Positions 1-12,346 of a stretch of DNA of 64,000 nucleotides are shown in pieces (positions within the stretch are counted from its first letter, which is position 1; every line of letters starts with the position of its first letter). Made by a program: the position numbers and the translations under genes. Location of the stretch: the NCBI RefSeq assembly GCF_001194135.2, contig NC_069006.1:25449844-25513843 (forward strand), given 5' to 3'. Under the pieces are notes generated by a model, which saw only the letters and a list, made by a program, of their open reading frames with translations, was not told the origin of the DNA and did not search any database. This stretch comes from Octopus bimaculoides. Lineage: Eukaryota.

Positions 1-170
1 AAAGAGTGAGAGAAAGTTGTGTCAAAAGAGTCAGCAGAAGTTCACCATTGCCTTCTGCCAGAACCGCGTGGAGCTTAGGTGTTTCACTCATAAACACACA
101 CATCGCCCGGTCTGAGATTCGAACCCGCGATCCCTCGACCACTGCTCTAACCACCAGGCCATGTGCATCC
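1..170 (-). mobile_element. tRNA-derived SINE (local family C), 5' part
   Basis: Minus strand reads gcacatggcctggtggttagagcagtgg...gggttcgaatctc (A and B boxes), followed by body sequence; head resembles the copies at 45451 and 59783. Confidence 0.7.
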
Positions 171-1387
171 ATGAGTTCAATAATAATGGTTAATTTACTA
201 AGTTCTTCATTATCTTCAAAATCAATTGAAAGAAAGGCAGGGTGATACAATTGTGATACGATAAAGGAAAGGCTAATAGGCAGATAACTAAACTGAGANN
301 NNNNNNNNNNNNNNNNNNNNNNNNNNNNNNNNNNNNNNNNNNNNNNNNNNNNNNNNNNNNNNNNNNNNNNNNNNNNNNNNNNNNNNNNNNNNNNNNNNNN
401 NNNNNNNNNNNNNNNNNNNNNNNNNNNNNNNNNNNNNNNNNNNNNNNNNNNNNNNNNNNNNNNNNNNNNNNNNNNNNNNNNNNNNNNNNNNNNNNNNNNN
501 NNNNNNNNNNNNNNNNNNNNNNNNNNNNNNNNNNNNNNNNNNNNNNNNNNNNNNNNNNNNNNNNNNNNNNNNNNNNNNNNNNNNNNNNNNNNNNNNNNNN
601 NNNNNNNNNNNNNNNNNNNNNNNNNNNNNNNNNNNNNNNNNNNNNNNNNNNNNNNNNNNNNNNNNNNNNNNNNNNNNNNNNNNNNNNNNNNNNNNNNNNN
701 NNNNNNNNNNNNNNNNNNNNNNNNNNNNNNNNNNNNNNNNNNNNNNNNNNNNNNNNNNNNNNNNNNNNNNNNNNNNNNNNNNNNNNNNNNNNNNNNNNNN
801 NNNNNNNNNNNNNNNNNNNNNNNNNNNNNNNNNNNNNNNNNNNNNNNNNNNNNNNNNNNNNNNNNNNNNNNNNNNNNTCTTTTCCTCTTTCCCCTATTTT
901 GTTGCCAAAAATTTCCATAACTTCACCGTCTTTCACCTTTTTTTCCCCTGAATTTTCTGGTTTTCATTTTTACCGAATTCTTATGTTTGAAGCATCGACA
1001 TTAAAATTCTGAAAAGAGGGAGGTGGGGGGAAAATAATAAATAAATCCTTTTCTTGTCTTTCGTTCCTGATTTTTTTTTCTTTTACTTCACATTTTTATC
1101 CTGCAAATTTTTACCAAAATAATAATAATAATAAAAATAATGATGATGATGATGATGATGATAATAATAATAATCAAAGAAATATATATTCAATAATTAA
1201 TCATTAGCGACAGATGCAGTATAAATACCAAGTGGTAATCTTTATATCCAACTTAACGTGGATGTCATGTTAGAACACCAAGTACTGCGTTGTGAGCTGT
1301 AAGAGATCCTCTCATATAAGTGCTTGATGCATAAAAGCGCACACATAGATCGTAGTGGATGAAATTTGTTTGTCACGGGGACCAGAA

Positions 1388-1433
1388 TTCCTATATCATG
1401 TCATTTCGGTCTATTGGACTTCATCAGTGGAAA
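1388..1433 (-). ncRNA. Degenerate minimal type I hammerhead-ribozyme-like motif
   Basis: Minus strand: tttcca CTGATGA agtc-caata-gacc GAAA t-gacatg-a TA taggaa. Both core boxes are intact, stem II is gtc/gac, stem I pairs 5/6 and the cleavage triplet is AUA; two mismatches. Confidence 0.45.
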
Positions 1434-1663
1434 GCACCGATCACCGCATGCCAATCAAATCTTGCCGTCATGACGCATAGAATATCACACCTACTAAACT
1501 GTATTAGTTATGCGTAACCATCGCCCCCAAAGCGATGTCACCTCTTTTAGCGTACATTTATATATACATATATATGCATGTATGTATATATGTTAGGAGT
1601 GGATATTATATGTTCGATATTGCTTTTATATTAACTATTAATGCGTTGATATGAGAAAGTAAC

Positions 1664-2570
1664 ACACACACACATCCCCTCTCTCTCTCTCTCTCTCTTT
1701 CTTTCTCTCTTTCTTTCTCTCTCTCACACGCATTTCGGAATTTATTCTAGTTTGGTGCAACTTTGTTAAAATTGATTTTATTTCTTAGTTTTGGTTTTTG
1801 AATCTAAATTCTTAGTCATTCTTTTGAACTCAATCAAAGACTGCACAGTCACACACGCATCTGCAATATTATACAAGCACATACATACAGACAGTAAGAA
1901 ACACACATATACATACGAACAGAGGCAAACACGCACTCAAACACATGGACACACATATACATACACATATAGACGTATATATATATATATATATATGTAT
2001 AATATTGCATGTGTGTGTGTATAAATATATGCGAGGCTAAGTCTGTAACATATATTGCATAAATCTGTTCGTGTAGATTCGGTAAATTGCTGGGAGGATA
2101 AAGAAGGGGGGAACTCAAAATATGGAGGGGGAAAAATGAGAGGAAGATAACGTATGTAAAAACAGACGGTCGGAAACGAAAAGAAGATTGAGAGAGAGAG
2201 AGAGACAAAGATATTGTGCGCGCGTGTGTGAGGGAGAGAGAACGAGAGAGAGACAGAGAATATGTGGATGAGAGAGAGACAGAATGTGTGCGCGCGCGTA
2301 TGAGACAGGGAGAAAGAGAGAACGTCCGAGAGAAAGAGATACAGAATGTGTGAAAGAGAAGAGAATGAGTGCATGTGGGTGCTTGCGGGAGAGAGAGAGA
2401 GAACGAGAGGGAGACAGAGAGAAAAACAAAGAGCAAGACGGAGAGAGTGTGTGCGTGAGTGTGCTGATGAAAGTGAGAGAGAGAGAGAGAGAGTATGTGT
2501 TGATCCATGTATTAATTTTATAACCTTCAGATAACAGATCATCTCTCCTCCCCTTCTCTCTCTCTCGCTT
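1664..2570. repeat. Compound (CA)n/(CT)n/(TA)n/(GA)n microsatellite field
   Basis: Dinucleotide runs seen directly; they explain the overlapping low-complexity ORFs at 1791-2542. Confidence 0.9.
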
Positions 2571-2665
2571 TCTTTCTTTCTCCTCGTCTATTCCTTATAA
2601 TTTACTCTTAATCAGGAATTTTATACATACATAATTATGTCAGTGCGGGGGTGTATATATTTATA

Positions 2666-2724
<59 letters not shown>

Positions 2725-3204
2725 ATATTTATATATATATATATATATCGGCTGATTAACTTCAAAAGAATAGTGACTAACGTTTCAAATTAACATTGAT
2801 GAATGCAGCAGCAGTCGGGACCCGTTCACGCAGGAAACACGAGCTATGAAAAAAGGGCTCGCACGAAGGGTTGGTACACACATAGGTATAGAAAAGCAAA
2901 TGGCAGAACGAGGATCTTACGCAACCCCCGCCCACTCTCTCTCTCTCTCTCTCTCTCACGCACACACACACACACTCACTCTCACACATACGTACACACG
3001 TACACGCATTAAAATTTGTTACATTTACTGAATGGATAAGTTTCGGTAATCTTTCGATATCAGTGGATGATGTCATTCACCCTCAGAACTTTCCCTCGTG
3101 ACGTAGATGAAGTGGTTAGGCGAGGAAAAAGACGGTGAATGATGTTGTCTTCTCATAACCGACCCTCTGCAGACCAAATTTAACGATAATTTTTTTTCGT
3201 TGTA

Positions 3205-3345
3205 GTTATGTGGTAAGAAGTTTATTTCCCAATCACTTGGTCCCAGGTTCAGTCCTACTGCGTGGCACCTTGGGCAAGTGTCTTCTACTAGAGCCTTGGG
3301 CTGACTGAAACCTTTAGTAGAAGGAAACTAAAGGAAATCGTTCGT
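3205..3345 (+). mobile_element. SINE family A, 5' half
   Basis: ggtaagaag...ggttcagtcctactgcgtggcaccttgggcaagtgtcttctacta, a motif shared by many copies in the window. Confidence 0.8.
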
Positions 3346-3628
3346 GTGTATGTGTATATATATATATAGAGAGAGAGAGGGGTGAGACTGAGATAGATAT
3401 GGATATATATATATATATATATATANNNNNNNNNNNNNNNNNNNNNNNNNNNNNNNNNNNNNNNNNNNNNNNNNNNNNNNNNNNNNNNNNNNNNNNNNNN
3501 NNNNNNNNNNNNNNNNNNNNNNNNNNNNNNNNNNNNNNNNNNNNNNNNNNNNNNNNNNNNNNNNNNNNNNNNNNNNNNNNNNNNNNNNNNNNNNNNNNNN
3601 NNNNNNNNNNNNNNNNNNNNNNNNNNNN

Positions 3629-3683
<55 letters not shown>

Positions 3684-3705
3684 ATATTTATGTATATATT
3701 GTTTA

Positions 3706-4070
3706 GATAAGAAGCTTGCTTCCCAACCACATAGTTCCGGGTTCAGTCCCACTGAGTGGCACCTTGGGCAAGTGTCTTCTACTATAGCCCCAAGCTCACC
3801 AAACACTTGCAAGTGTATTTGGTAAACAGAAACTGAAAGAAGCCCATCATGTATGTGTGTATATGTGTTGTGTAACGTGGTGTGTTTGTGTTTGTCGCCC
3901 ACCACAGCTTGATAACCGGTGTTGGTGTGTTTATGTCCCCGAAAGCTAGCAGTTCAACAAAGGATACCGATAGAATAAATACTAGGTCCGATTCATTCAA
4001 TTAAAAAATTCTTCAAGATGGTGCCCCAGCATGGCCTGCAATCTAACGACAGAAACAAGTACAAGATGAA
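3706..4070 (+). mobile_element. SINE family A, near full length
   Basis: Head (aagaagcttgcttcccaaccac...ggttcagtccc), central CA/TG tract and 3' ggtgccccagcatggcc...gaaacaagt. Confidence 0.85.
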
Positions 4071-4314
4071 AGCTAAACTATAAAAGATGCCACATATATC
4101 GTTAATAATTGACTGAGTTATTTAAGACTCTTGGAGAAAACTTTAAAGAGATTTACCAAAATGATTAGAGAGAATTCAAACAGAGAATTCACTTTGTTCA
4201 GAGACAGCTTTTGTGCTTGTTTATGGCTAACACACTCTTTTGTCACCTGGGGATCTCTCCATCCCCACCACATGAAACCACGAGAGACTTGTCTAAGAGT
4301 TTGATATTTATCTT

Positions 4315-4547
4315 TAATCTTTAATCGTTTATCTTTTTATTTGTTTCAGTTTTTGGACTGCGGCCATGCTGGAGCACCGCCTTGAAGAATGTTTAGTCAA
4401 ATGAATCAACCCTCTAGTATTCTTTAATTTTTCAAAACCCGCTACTTATTCTATCGATCTCATTTTGCTCAACTGCTAAGTTACAAGGATGTAAACATTC
4501 CAGCACCGATTGTCAAGTGATGGTGGGGGACAGACACCATCCATTAA
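4315..4547 (-). mobile_element. SINE family A, 3' half, inverted
   Basis: gcggccatgctggagcaccgcc...cttattctatcgatc...gattgtcaagtgatggtggggg is the reverse complement of the family A 3' half. Confidence 0.85.
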
Positions 4548-5059
4548 TGATCAAACCAGCCTGTGACATAGAGTTTTGGACTGTTCCATTGTCACAGAAA
4601 GGGGATTCCACCATTATGTCCCTCTGTCACACCGGTGTCTGTGATTGAACCAAATCCTATACAGAATTAATTAAACATTTCCATTCCTTCCGGTGTGAGC
4701 ACAAAACCCTTTGACAAGTTTCTCTGCCAGTTCCATCTTCATGTCTGACCTCAGTGGAATATTTACCATTCTTTCCTTCCATAATTGTTTGTTGGAAATG
4801 TCTACAGGAATGGTAGATTTTATGAAATTTTCTCAGTTCCAATCATCTCCGTGTTTATTGATATTCATATCAGGAACGGCCTTCATTAAGCATCTGGTTT
4901 TGGTTTTCCGTCATTGTTAGCAACATTCTTCCATCAGACATCAGATAAACCAATTCCAGGCAATATGTTATAAAGATTATTGAAGTTAGTGGGTCTGAGA
5001 CAATCAATAATGAACCAGCACTGGAATTGAGATGAATGGAAGGTAAAAATGATTAAGTA

Positions 5060-5460
5060 GGCACAGACGTGGCTGTGGCGTCCTTTTCCAACCTAATGAT
5101 TCCAGGTTCAGTCCCACTGCGTGATACCTTGGGCAAATGTCTTCTACTATAGCCTCAGGCCGACCAAAGCCATGGGAGTGGATTTGGTAGAAGGAAACTG
5201 AAAGAATGCATTTGTATATCTATCTATCTGTGTGTCTATCTGTCTATCTAGCTGTCTGTCTGTCCATCTGTCTCTGTCTCTCTCTCTCTAATGTATATAT
5301 ATATATACACATTAGAGAAAGAGAGGCACTTACATGTAAGTGTGTGTTTGTGTCCATGTTTGTCCCCCTACCACTGCTTGACAACCAGTGTTGGTGTGTT
5401 TATGTCCCCATAACATAGTGGCTCAGCAAAAGAGACTGGTAAAATAAGTACTGGGTTTGA
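5060..5460 (+). mobile_element. SINE family A
   Basis: ggttcagtcccactgcgtgataccttgggcaaatgtcttctactatagcc...cttgacaaccagtgttggtgtgtttatgtcccc. Confidence 0.8.
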
Positions 5461-5461
5461 T

Positions 5462-5660
5462 TCACATGGCTACATTCATATCACATAATTATATCATGTG
5501 ATATTGCTACATTCACATCACATCACTGTATTCATGTCACATCACATGGTTACGTTCACACCATGTGGCTACATTCACCTCACATTGCTACATTCACACC
5601 ACATGACTATATTCACACCATATCACTACATTCACAACACACAAATACATCACATCACTG
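5462..5660. repeat. Degenerate minisatellite, unit about 19-20 bp (ctacattcacaccacatgg-like)
   Basis: Repeated acattcac...cacat units seen directly. Confidence 0.65.
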
Positions 5661-7139
5661 AAAAAAAAACCTTCCCATTTCAAATGAACACACATGTATC
5701 CTACATGTGTATACAATAACAACAAGCTATAAAACGCTAGCCATATGAGATATTTATTCATGGTTGACCCAGCCTCACCAATAAAACAATAATTTAATAA
5801 CCATTGTCGCCTCTAATATAAACACACACAACACAATATATCAAAACAAGCCAGACACATTCAGAGCTATATTACAATAAGCCAGACATCTTTCAAACAA
5901 TAAGTCTTGTAACATATTGCTCTCATCGTAAATCAGATTCCCACTCTAAAACAATACTTCAATGTGAATGTCAGTATGTATTTGAGGAATGCAAAATATA
6001 TTACACACACACACACACATACGTGTGTGTGTGTTTATCAAATTTTGATGAGTGCCAGTGCACGAAACTGTCAGTCCTTAAGTCACTCTGTTGCTTCTGC
6101 TAAATATTAATGAAAATAGACACACACTCATGTTTTGAGTTCTATTACTGGATTCAATTCATTTGACTCCAAATTCTTCAAAGTGGTGCTCCAGCATGGT
6201 CGCAGCCTAATGACTGAAACAAGTAGACTGTAAAAAGGTAAAATGCAAATATTCTGATTCGAAATGGCAGGAATTTTCATGGAAACAATGAAAACTAAGA
6301 TGTAAACAGTTAGAATTTTCACTCGGTTTTTCTAACCTTTGTTACAAGGAGAATATTTAATTTGCTAAATTTATTTATTCTAAATTGGATTTCATAAACA
6401 AAAGCAATTGTCTGGCTTCTACAGTTTATCAAATTTGTTCTACAAGATAATGGGATGCAGAGTGTACTGAAGAAATTATTCCAGAGAAATGCCCAAATTT
6501 CAAATTTCATAGACTCCCTGTTTTATCTAAAAGCAAGGATAAACATTAACACAACATAAATTTTGGTAAAATAGGTAAGAACTTTTGCTTTTGTTTATTC
6601 GTTTATCTATTTATCTATTTATTTTTCTCCAATAATTTAATTGATCTGAATTGGTAAACAACTCTTTGAGTGGAAGAATCATGTGAATTCCCTAACAGGA
6701 ATCAAATCACGTATATTTTACCGATTAAACAAGTATAAATGCAGAGGATGAACATTTCTGCAATATAAATATTTATTAGCTTCACAAATCATTTAATACT
6801 TAGGAAATTGCTTAGGAAGCAAACGTAGTCAAAACCGAACTCTGATTTAACCATTTTTAAAAATTTTCAATTCGTTTTTTTTTTTAAAGTTTTAAATGAA
6901 TTTCTGTCGCCATTCTTCTTCCATAATAATCACATTCACATTGAGAATGGTTTTACAGGAATATTAACATGTTAACTGCCACATATATCGCTGGTAGCTC
7001 ATCACAAACTTCACACAACCGCTATATGCAACCCCACCGGTGGCACACGTTCATAATTTGAGAAAATATTTTATTCTGTATCTTTGAAAATGGTTTCAAG
7101 GATTTTTAAATAAACTTGAGTGCTAAATATCGGTTTCAT

Positions 7140-7265
7140 ATTTTAGCACAAGGCCAGCAGTTTGCGGGGAAGGGGTAAGTCGATTACATTGACCTGAGTG
7201 ACCAACTGGTACTTGTATTATCAACCCCGAAATGATGAAAGGCAAAATTGACCTCGGTGGTCATT
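7140..7265 (-). mobile_element. SINE family B, 3' fragment
   Basis: ggggaaggggtaagtcgattacattgacc...aactggtactt...gaaaggcaaaattgacctcgg is the reverse complement of family B. Confidence 0.7.
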
Positions 7266-7544
7266 ATTTTCAAAATTAATTGAAATGAAGGCAGTGTAAT
7301 TTCAACAGAAATATGGTAACAAAAGGGTTAAAGTGATCTAAACTAAAATCTTTCATAAAAATTTCATGCCAATTCATGTTCTAAACACCAGTTTAAAAAC
7401 GACAAATTATTTTGCTAAATTCTTCATTATTTTCAAAATTAATTGGAACAAAGTCCATGTATTTCAGCAGAAATATAGTAACTTAAGGGTTAGATGTAAG
7501 GAAAGACTTGAAATTTTAAGGATACTTGAGTTTGAAAGGGTTAA
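7266..7544. mobile_element. MITE-like relics with TTAA-CCC type ends
   Basis: Ends aatatggtaacaaaagggttaa (7331) and gaaagggttaa (7544) are the reverse complement of the ttaaccc...ccttttgttaccatatt sequence at 9146. TTAA-CCC termini are typical of piggyBac-type elements; the superfamily is inferred. Confidence 0.5.
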
Positions 7545-9145
7545 GATATTGGTAACAGAGTTTTTAGTTAGAATAATTAACTATAATAGCCTATTTCACA
7601 GAACTGTTGACATGAATTTCAAAATTGGCTATGAAGTTTAAAAGACAAATATGGATTTAAAAGGAAACAAAAGTGGAAGCATGTGTTGTTGTGTTGCCTT
7701 TTCTTTCTTTGGTAAGCAGACATTTTGGTTGAAGCTAAATAAAGCCAAAATTCTATGAACTAAATAACCAAATTTTTATTTTAAATTTGAAAATTTGCTC
7801 AAGTTAGTAAACTTAAATATCTGCTATGGCAAAACTAACAAACCAGCCGTATTTCTAAATCTGTCATTTTAAACAAATTTACGGCACTTCCAGTGATTTT
7901 TATGAGCAAACAATGAGGAAATATCAAAAATTTATTTCTTCAAACTTGATGTGTTTGTCATTTTAATTGGGAATCGGTTATTTTTCAATGGAAACTAATA
8001 AATCAAGCAAGAATAAACATCACCAACAAGAAATTCACAAGTAATTGGAACAAAATGGCCAGGAACCATCGTTAAATTTACATTGCAAATTTCATTTGAT
8101 TTCATGAGTTATTAGGAAAATTGTTTCGTTTTTTTCCAGACAGTTTAACTTCATCATCCTCATCTTCATCTTCGTCGATTCTGGTTTGTTTCATTGATTT
8201 TTGATCAATAATGTTTCCTTGATTATCTTCAGGTGATTATTTTTTTACACACACACACACACACACATTGACATTATTGTCATCATTATAATCATCGTCA
8301 TCATAATTAACATCATTATTTTCACTGTTGTCTTCGTCATCATCATCAAACATCATCTCTATTATCAATCGTCATTCATCAGCATCATCACCATCCTCCT
8401 CCTCCTCCTCAACATCATCATCATTCGAAATGGCAGAGTCATCACTGATATACATATATATACTCCTATATATATATACACACACACATAAACACATATA
8501 CATATATATATATATACATGCACACACACGTGAGTCTGTATAAATATGTATGTATATAGTTTACTGTTTCTAACAAATTCCACCAGCTTATTGTAGAAGT
8601 TGCTACGTGGCTACTGTACCAGAATGGGTTTGAACCTGGATCCACATGCTTGAGAAACAAGCAATTCTTTTAACCAACTACTTATGCCTGAGGACATAAA
8701 AGAAATACAATAAAATCGGTAAGATGTGCGAGATGATTGAGTTGGCGTTTGGCCCAAAGCAGACTGTACAACATCAGTTCCCCACTAAAAGGTTATGGCC
8801 TGGTGCCAAAGTGAGAAATCAATAGATGTGCACTGGAATATATATATATATTGATACCTATCAAAAATGATTTGATATTAACCAGGCATTGATGCTATAA
8901 AACAGGGCAGGATTAAAAGACAAATTCTTTGGGCTAATTAACACTGGAAGCGCCAAACTAACATGCAAACAACATTAAAAGTTGGCATGTTGGAGTTTTA
9001 TGACTTTGCAAGAATTTTCGGTATCAGGTATTGGTCAGTATTCTTTTTTTATTTCTTCACTTGTTTTGGTCATGGCACCACAGCTATGCTGTGGCACTGT
9101 CTTGTAGTGTTTTGGGAAACAAATCTATTCAAGTGCTTTTTCTTT

Positions 9146-9360
9146 TTAACCCTTTAGCATCTTATCCTTTTGTTACCATATTCCTGTTGAGATGCTCTGG
9201 GTTTCTTTCAATTCATTCTAAATATAACAAAGAATTTAGTCAAATAACTTCATTATCATTAAGCTAGTGTTAGGAACCTAAATTGTGACTAAGATTTGGT
9301 GGAAGATTTTAATTTGGTGGAAGATTTTAATTTGGTGGAAGATTTTAATTTAGTGGAAGA
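9146..9360. mobile_element. MITE-like relic (TTAA-CCC end) with internal 18-bp tandem repeat
   Basis: ttaaccctttagcat...; tggtggaagattttaatt repeated about 3.5 times at 9297-9360 (ggaaga at 9301, 9319, 9337, 9355). Confidence 0.55.
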
Positions 9361-9409
9361 TGACAACAACGATGACAACAATGACGATGACAATGATGTT
9401 GATGAAACA

Positions 9410-10120
9410 AGACTAGGTGTGGCTGCTATGTCCCGTTAATGCCTCACTCGATCAGACCTGGTGGGGCAAATAACCAACTTTAACAGATCAACATACTGAC
9501 TTCTGGGCCCCACAGACATGACTCCTCCTTCAGCCTTTCCTGCCACTACTATAATGGCTTTTGCTCCTCAGAGCTGGCCGGCCTCATCCCACCTTCACTC
9601 AAGTACTTACTCTCACTCATTGCTCCCACTCTTTCCAACCATGCTGTGTCTAAGATCTCAGTCATCACACTGACTCCAACACCCAATCCAGCAGCAGCAG
9701 CAACAACAACAACAGCAGCAGCAGCAACAATAACAACAACAGAGGCAGCAGCAGCAGCGACAACCACAGAACTGTGTCACAATCCTAAAACCTTTTTTTT
9801 TTGCTTCAAATTCCATTTTCGGTTTGTATAATTCTTGACAACTTCCACCTGCATGGAAACTTCAAGAGTCAACAGAGCAAGCTCTGTCTTTGACAGAATC
9901 GGAACCTGACATCTCTCAAGTTACAGATTTCCTCAGGCATTACCAATTCTTGACGCCAACATGGTTTACACCATTAAACAAGCCAGGGTTTGTCTGCAAG
10001 TATAACATCATGCTTCGTGGTTTCATATCGTACCAGAATCTCCAAGAATATGGTCGTACTGATGAGTTCTTTGATAAGAAGCTGGTGATTCAGGAAAGGG
10101 AGGTGGGGGTGTCTTGACTC
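9410..10120 (+). mobile_element. Highly degenerate RTE-like LINE fragment interrupted by a (CAG/CAA)n tract
   Basis: Frameshifted pieces KYL...TLSNHA, SRVNRASSVFDR and NRNLTSLKLQI resemble the RTE motif series YLGSTLS / RISKASAAFGRL / NRNLTLSTK. Similarity judged by eye. Confidence 0.4.
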
Positions 10121-10206
10121 TGCTTAAGACAGTTTCTCTCATATTTCCTTTCACTGTTCTACTCTCTACTCACACACACATGTATGTATGTATACATACA
10201 CAGGAA

Positions 10207-10427
10207 AGGATGGTGAAAAGCTCCTGGCTTTGGGTAAAAGAAAATACAGGATGAGGATCTGTTAATTATGATTTCATTCAAAATATTCCCCTCCTCTCAG
10301 ATTCACACACTTATCGCAGGGGTCCTTCAGTATTTCTAAGCCCTGTAAAAGAACTCGGAAGGTTGGGCTGCCAACCAGGCCTTTCATGATACCCTTAAAG
10401 CCAGGAACTTTACAGTAACCCCTTGTA
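10207..10427. mobile_element. Mariner-like MITE, about 220 bp
   Basis: TIRs tgaaaagctcctggcttt / aaagccaggaactttaca, ends in TA; a second copy lies at 45621-45837. Confidence 0.75.
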
Positions 10428-10618
10428 TATATATATATATATATATACACACATGCATATAGTCGAATGATAGTTTAGCTGGTCGAAACTTCGAAGTTAC
10501 TGTCAACAACAGTCTTGTATAAGAATAATATATTCGTACTCTACAAAAGTATAGAGTAACCCATCAGATTGATGTAAGATTGTTTTTATTAAAATGGAAC
10601 GTAAAAATGAACATTAAT

Positions 10619-10674
<56 letters not shown>

Positions 10675-11065
10675 ATATATATATATATATATCCACACGG
10701 GTATCTTTTTAATCTTTATATCATTCTTTTGAAATGTTCTTTTCTCTGCCATTACCTCTCTTTTTCTCATTTTCTGTTCACTGCATCCTCTCTATCGCTT
10801 TCTCTCCCCTCTCCCTTATCATGTCTCTCTTTAGTTCTTTCTTTCATCCTCTCTGATATTCTCTCTCTCTCTCTTTCTCTTTACACTTACGCACAAACAT
10901 ACTCAGATATTCACACACAGAAATCAAACTCTAGCCATTTCATCAAATGAACTAACAGAACTGTATTTGATTTCAAAATACTGAACAGAAGATAACCGAT
11001 ATCCTGTTCTAATGAGAGTAACAGAAGATAGAGATTTAGACAGACGCACACACAGATAGACAGAT

Positions 11066-11068
<3 letters not shown>

Positions 11069-11147
<79 letters not shown>

Positions 11148-11160
11148 CGAGAGAGAGAGA
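11069..11160. repeat. (AG)n microsatellite
   Basis: Near-perfect AG run. Confidence 0.95.
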
Positions 11161-12135
11161 TGAAGCTGAGAGATCTAACATCATGTGCTTATCAGACAGA
11201 CTTGTCTAAGTCATGCAAGCATGAAGAGGGGAAAACATTAGAAAGGATAATTAAAGAGGATATAAAAAGAGAAGAGGAAAGCCAAAAGAACTGGAAGAGC
11301 TGGATTATGGCAGAGAAAATGGCAGGAGCCATACCGATTATTGCTTTCAAGATGCTGTAGGCTGTAACCCTATTGCATAGTTTTTTACATATTGCACTCA
11401 AAACGGTTAAAAGAACAGTTCTAAAATGTTTATTAAGAGAAGGAAATGAAGGAGATTTCTTTAGTATCGCATTGCATTTCATTTTCATTCAAATTCTAAA
11501 TCGGTTACATTTTATTTTCCTTCCCATCATCTACACCATCCTTTCTCCAAAATATCATCTGCTCTTCCACCATTTTTTTTCTTCTCTTCTTCCCTTTCTC
11601 CTTCTTGAACTAATTATGCTCCAAAGATGATGCTGTCACTACGATCTCATTACTTCCATGTGGTGTTAAATAAATATTTATGTTGGTCACAAGTGAATAT
11701 CTTGTGATATTTCAGTGTTTTCTCTCAAATCCTCCTTCTCTATGCCAATTCATAATAAAGCACAGATGCTGTTATATTTTGTGTAAATCTCTCTGAAAAA
11801 CAGCCAGTTTTACAGAAAGTCATTATCTTTATTAGGTATGCCTCACCCATCTTGTAAAAACATTTTATATTACTTTACCGAAGAACTTAACCCATCAACT
11901 TGAAATTGCAATGGCGAACCTCTCTAGCAGTGGAAACAAAATATTTTTTTTAATATTAGTTTGACATTTACAGTGTTTTCATATTTATTTCAAATAAAAA
12001 TTGAAACAATTTAATGACAAGCCTGATTTAGCTGTCATACACAACACAGGCCATAAGCCATAACAGGCACCAGAGCTGCGCTCGGTAGTGCAGTGAAAGC
12101 ATGTGACAAGAATAAGACGACTGAATAATAATAAT

Positions 12136-12346
12136 ACTTTCTACTATAGGCACAAGGCCTGAAATTTTGGGGAAGGGGACTACTCAATTATATCGACCCC
12201 AGTGTTTCACTGGTACTTGTTTTATCAACATCGAAAGATGAAAGGCAAAGTCAACGTTGGTGGAATTTGAACTCAGAACGTAGCAGCAGACGAAATACAG
12301 CGAAGCATTTCGCCCAGCGTGCTAACCATTCTGCCAGCTCGCTGCC
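12136..12346 (-). mobile_element. SINE family B, full length
   Basis: Reverse complement of ggcagcgagctggcagaatggttagcacgctgggcgaaatgctt...gttctgagttcaaattcc...tgtgcctatagtagaaag. Confidence 0.85.

Noticed and set aside
190-936. Long ORFs spanning N-gaps (also 3288-3905, 20264-21433, 23106-23684, 38284-38784, 46474-47430, 47950-48888, 50647-50934)
   Set aside because: Their length comes from X residues in assembly gaps; they are not real ORFs.
1849-2542. 200-aa ORFs rich in SL, HT or YI (also 39821-40988, 49066-49527, 61223-61653, 62876-63235)
   Set aside because: Translations of dinucleotide and tetranucleotide microsatellites.
4560-4990. Protein-like minus-strand stretch (ENFIKSTIPVDISNKQLWKERMVNIPLRSDMKMELAEKLVKGF)
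   Set aside because: Interrupted by stops, no recognisable family and no clear splice pair; probably an old TE relic.
9297-9360. Short direct-repeat arrays (also 57130-57173, 61806-61925) as possible CRISPR-like arrays
   Set aside because: Contiguous tandem duplications without unique spacers, in eukaryotic DNA with no cas genes.
9646-9831. (CAG/CAA)n tract suggesting a polyQ or polyA exon
   Set aside because: The Gln frame hits TAA within the tract, and the tract sits inside an apparent LINE relic.
11160-11488. Overlapping 66-aa and 98-aa ORFs on opposite strands
   Set aside because: No recognisable motif or splice support; the ATG abuts an (AG)n tract.
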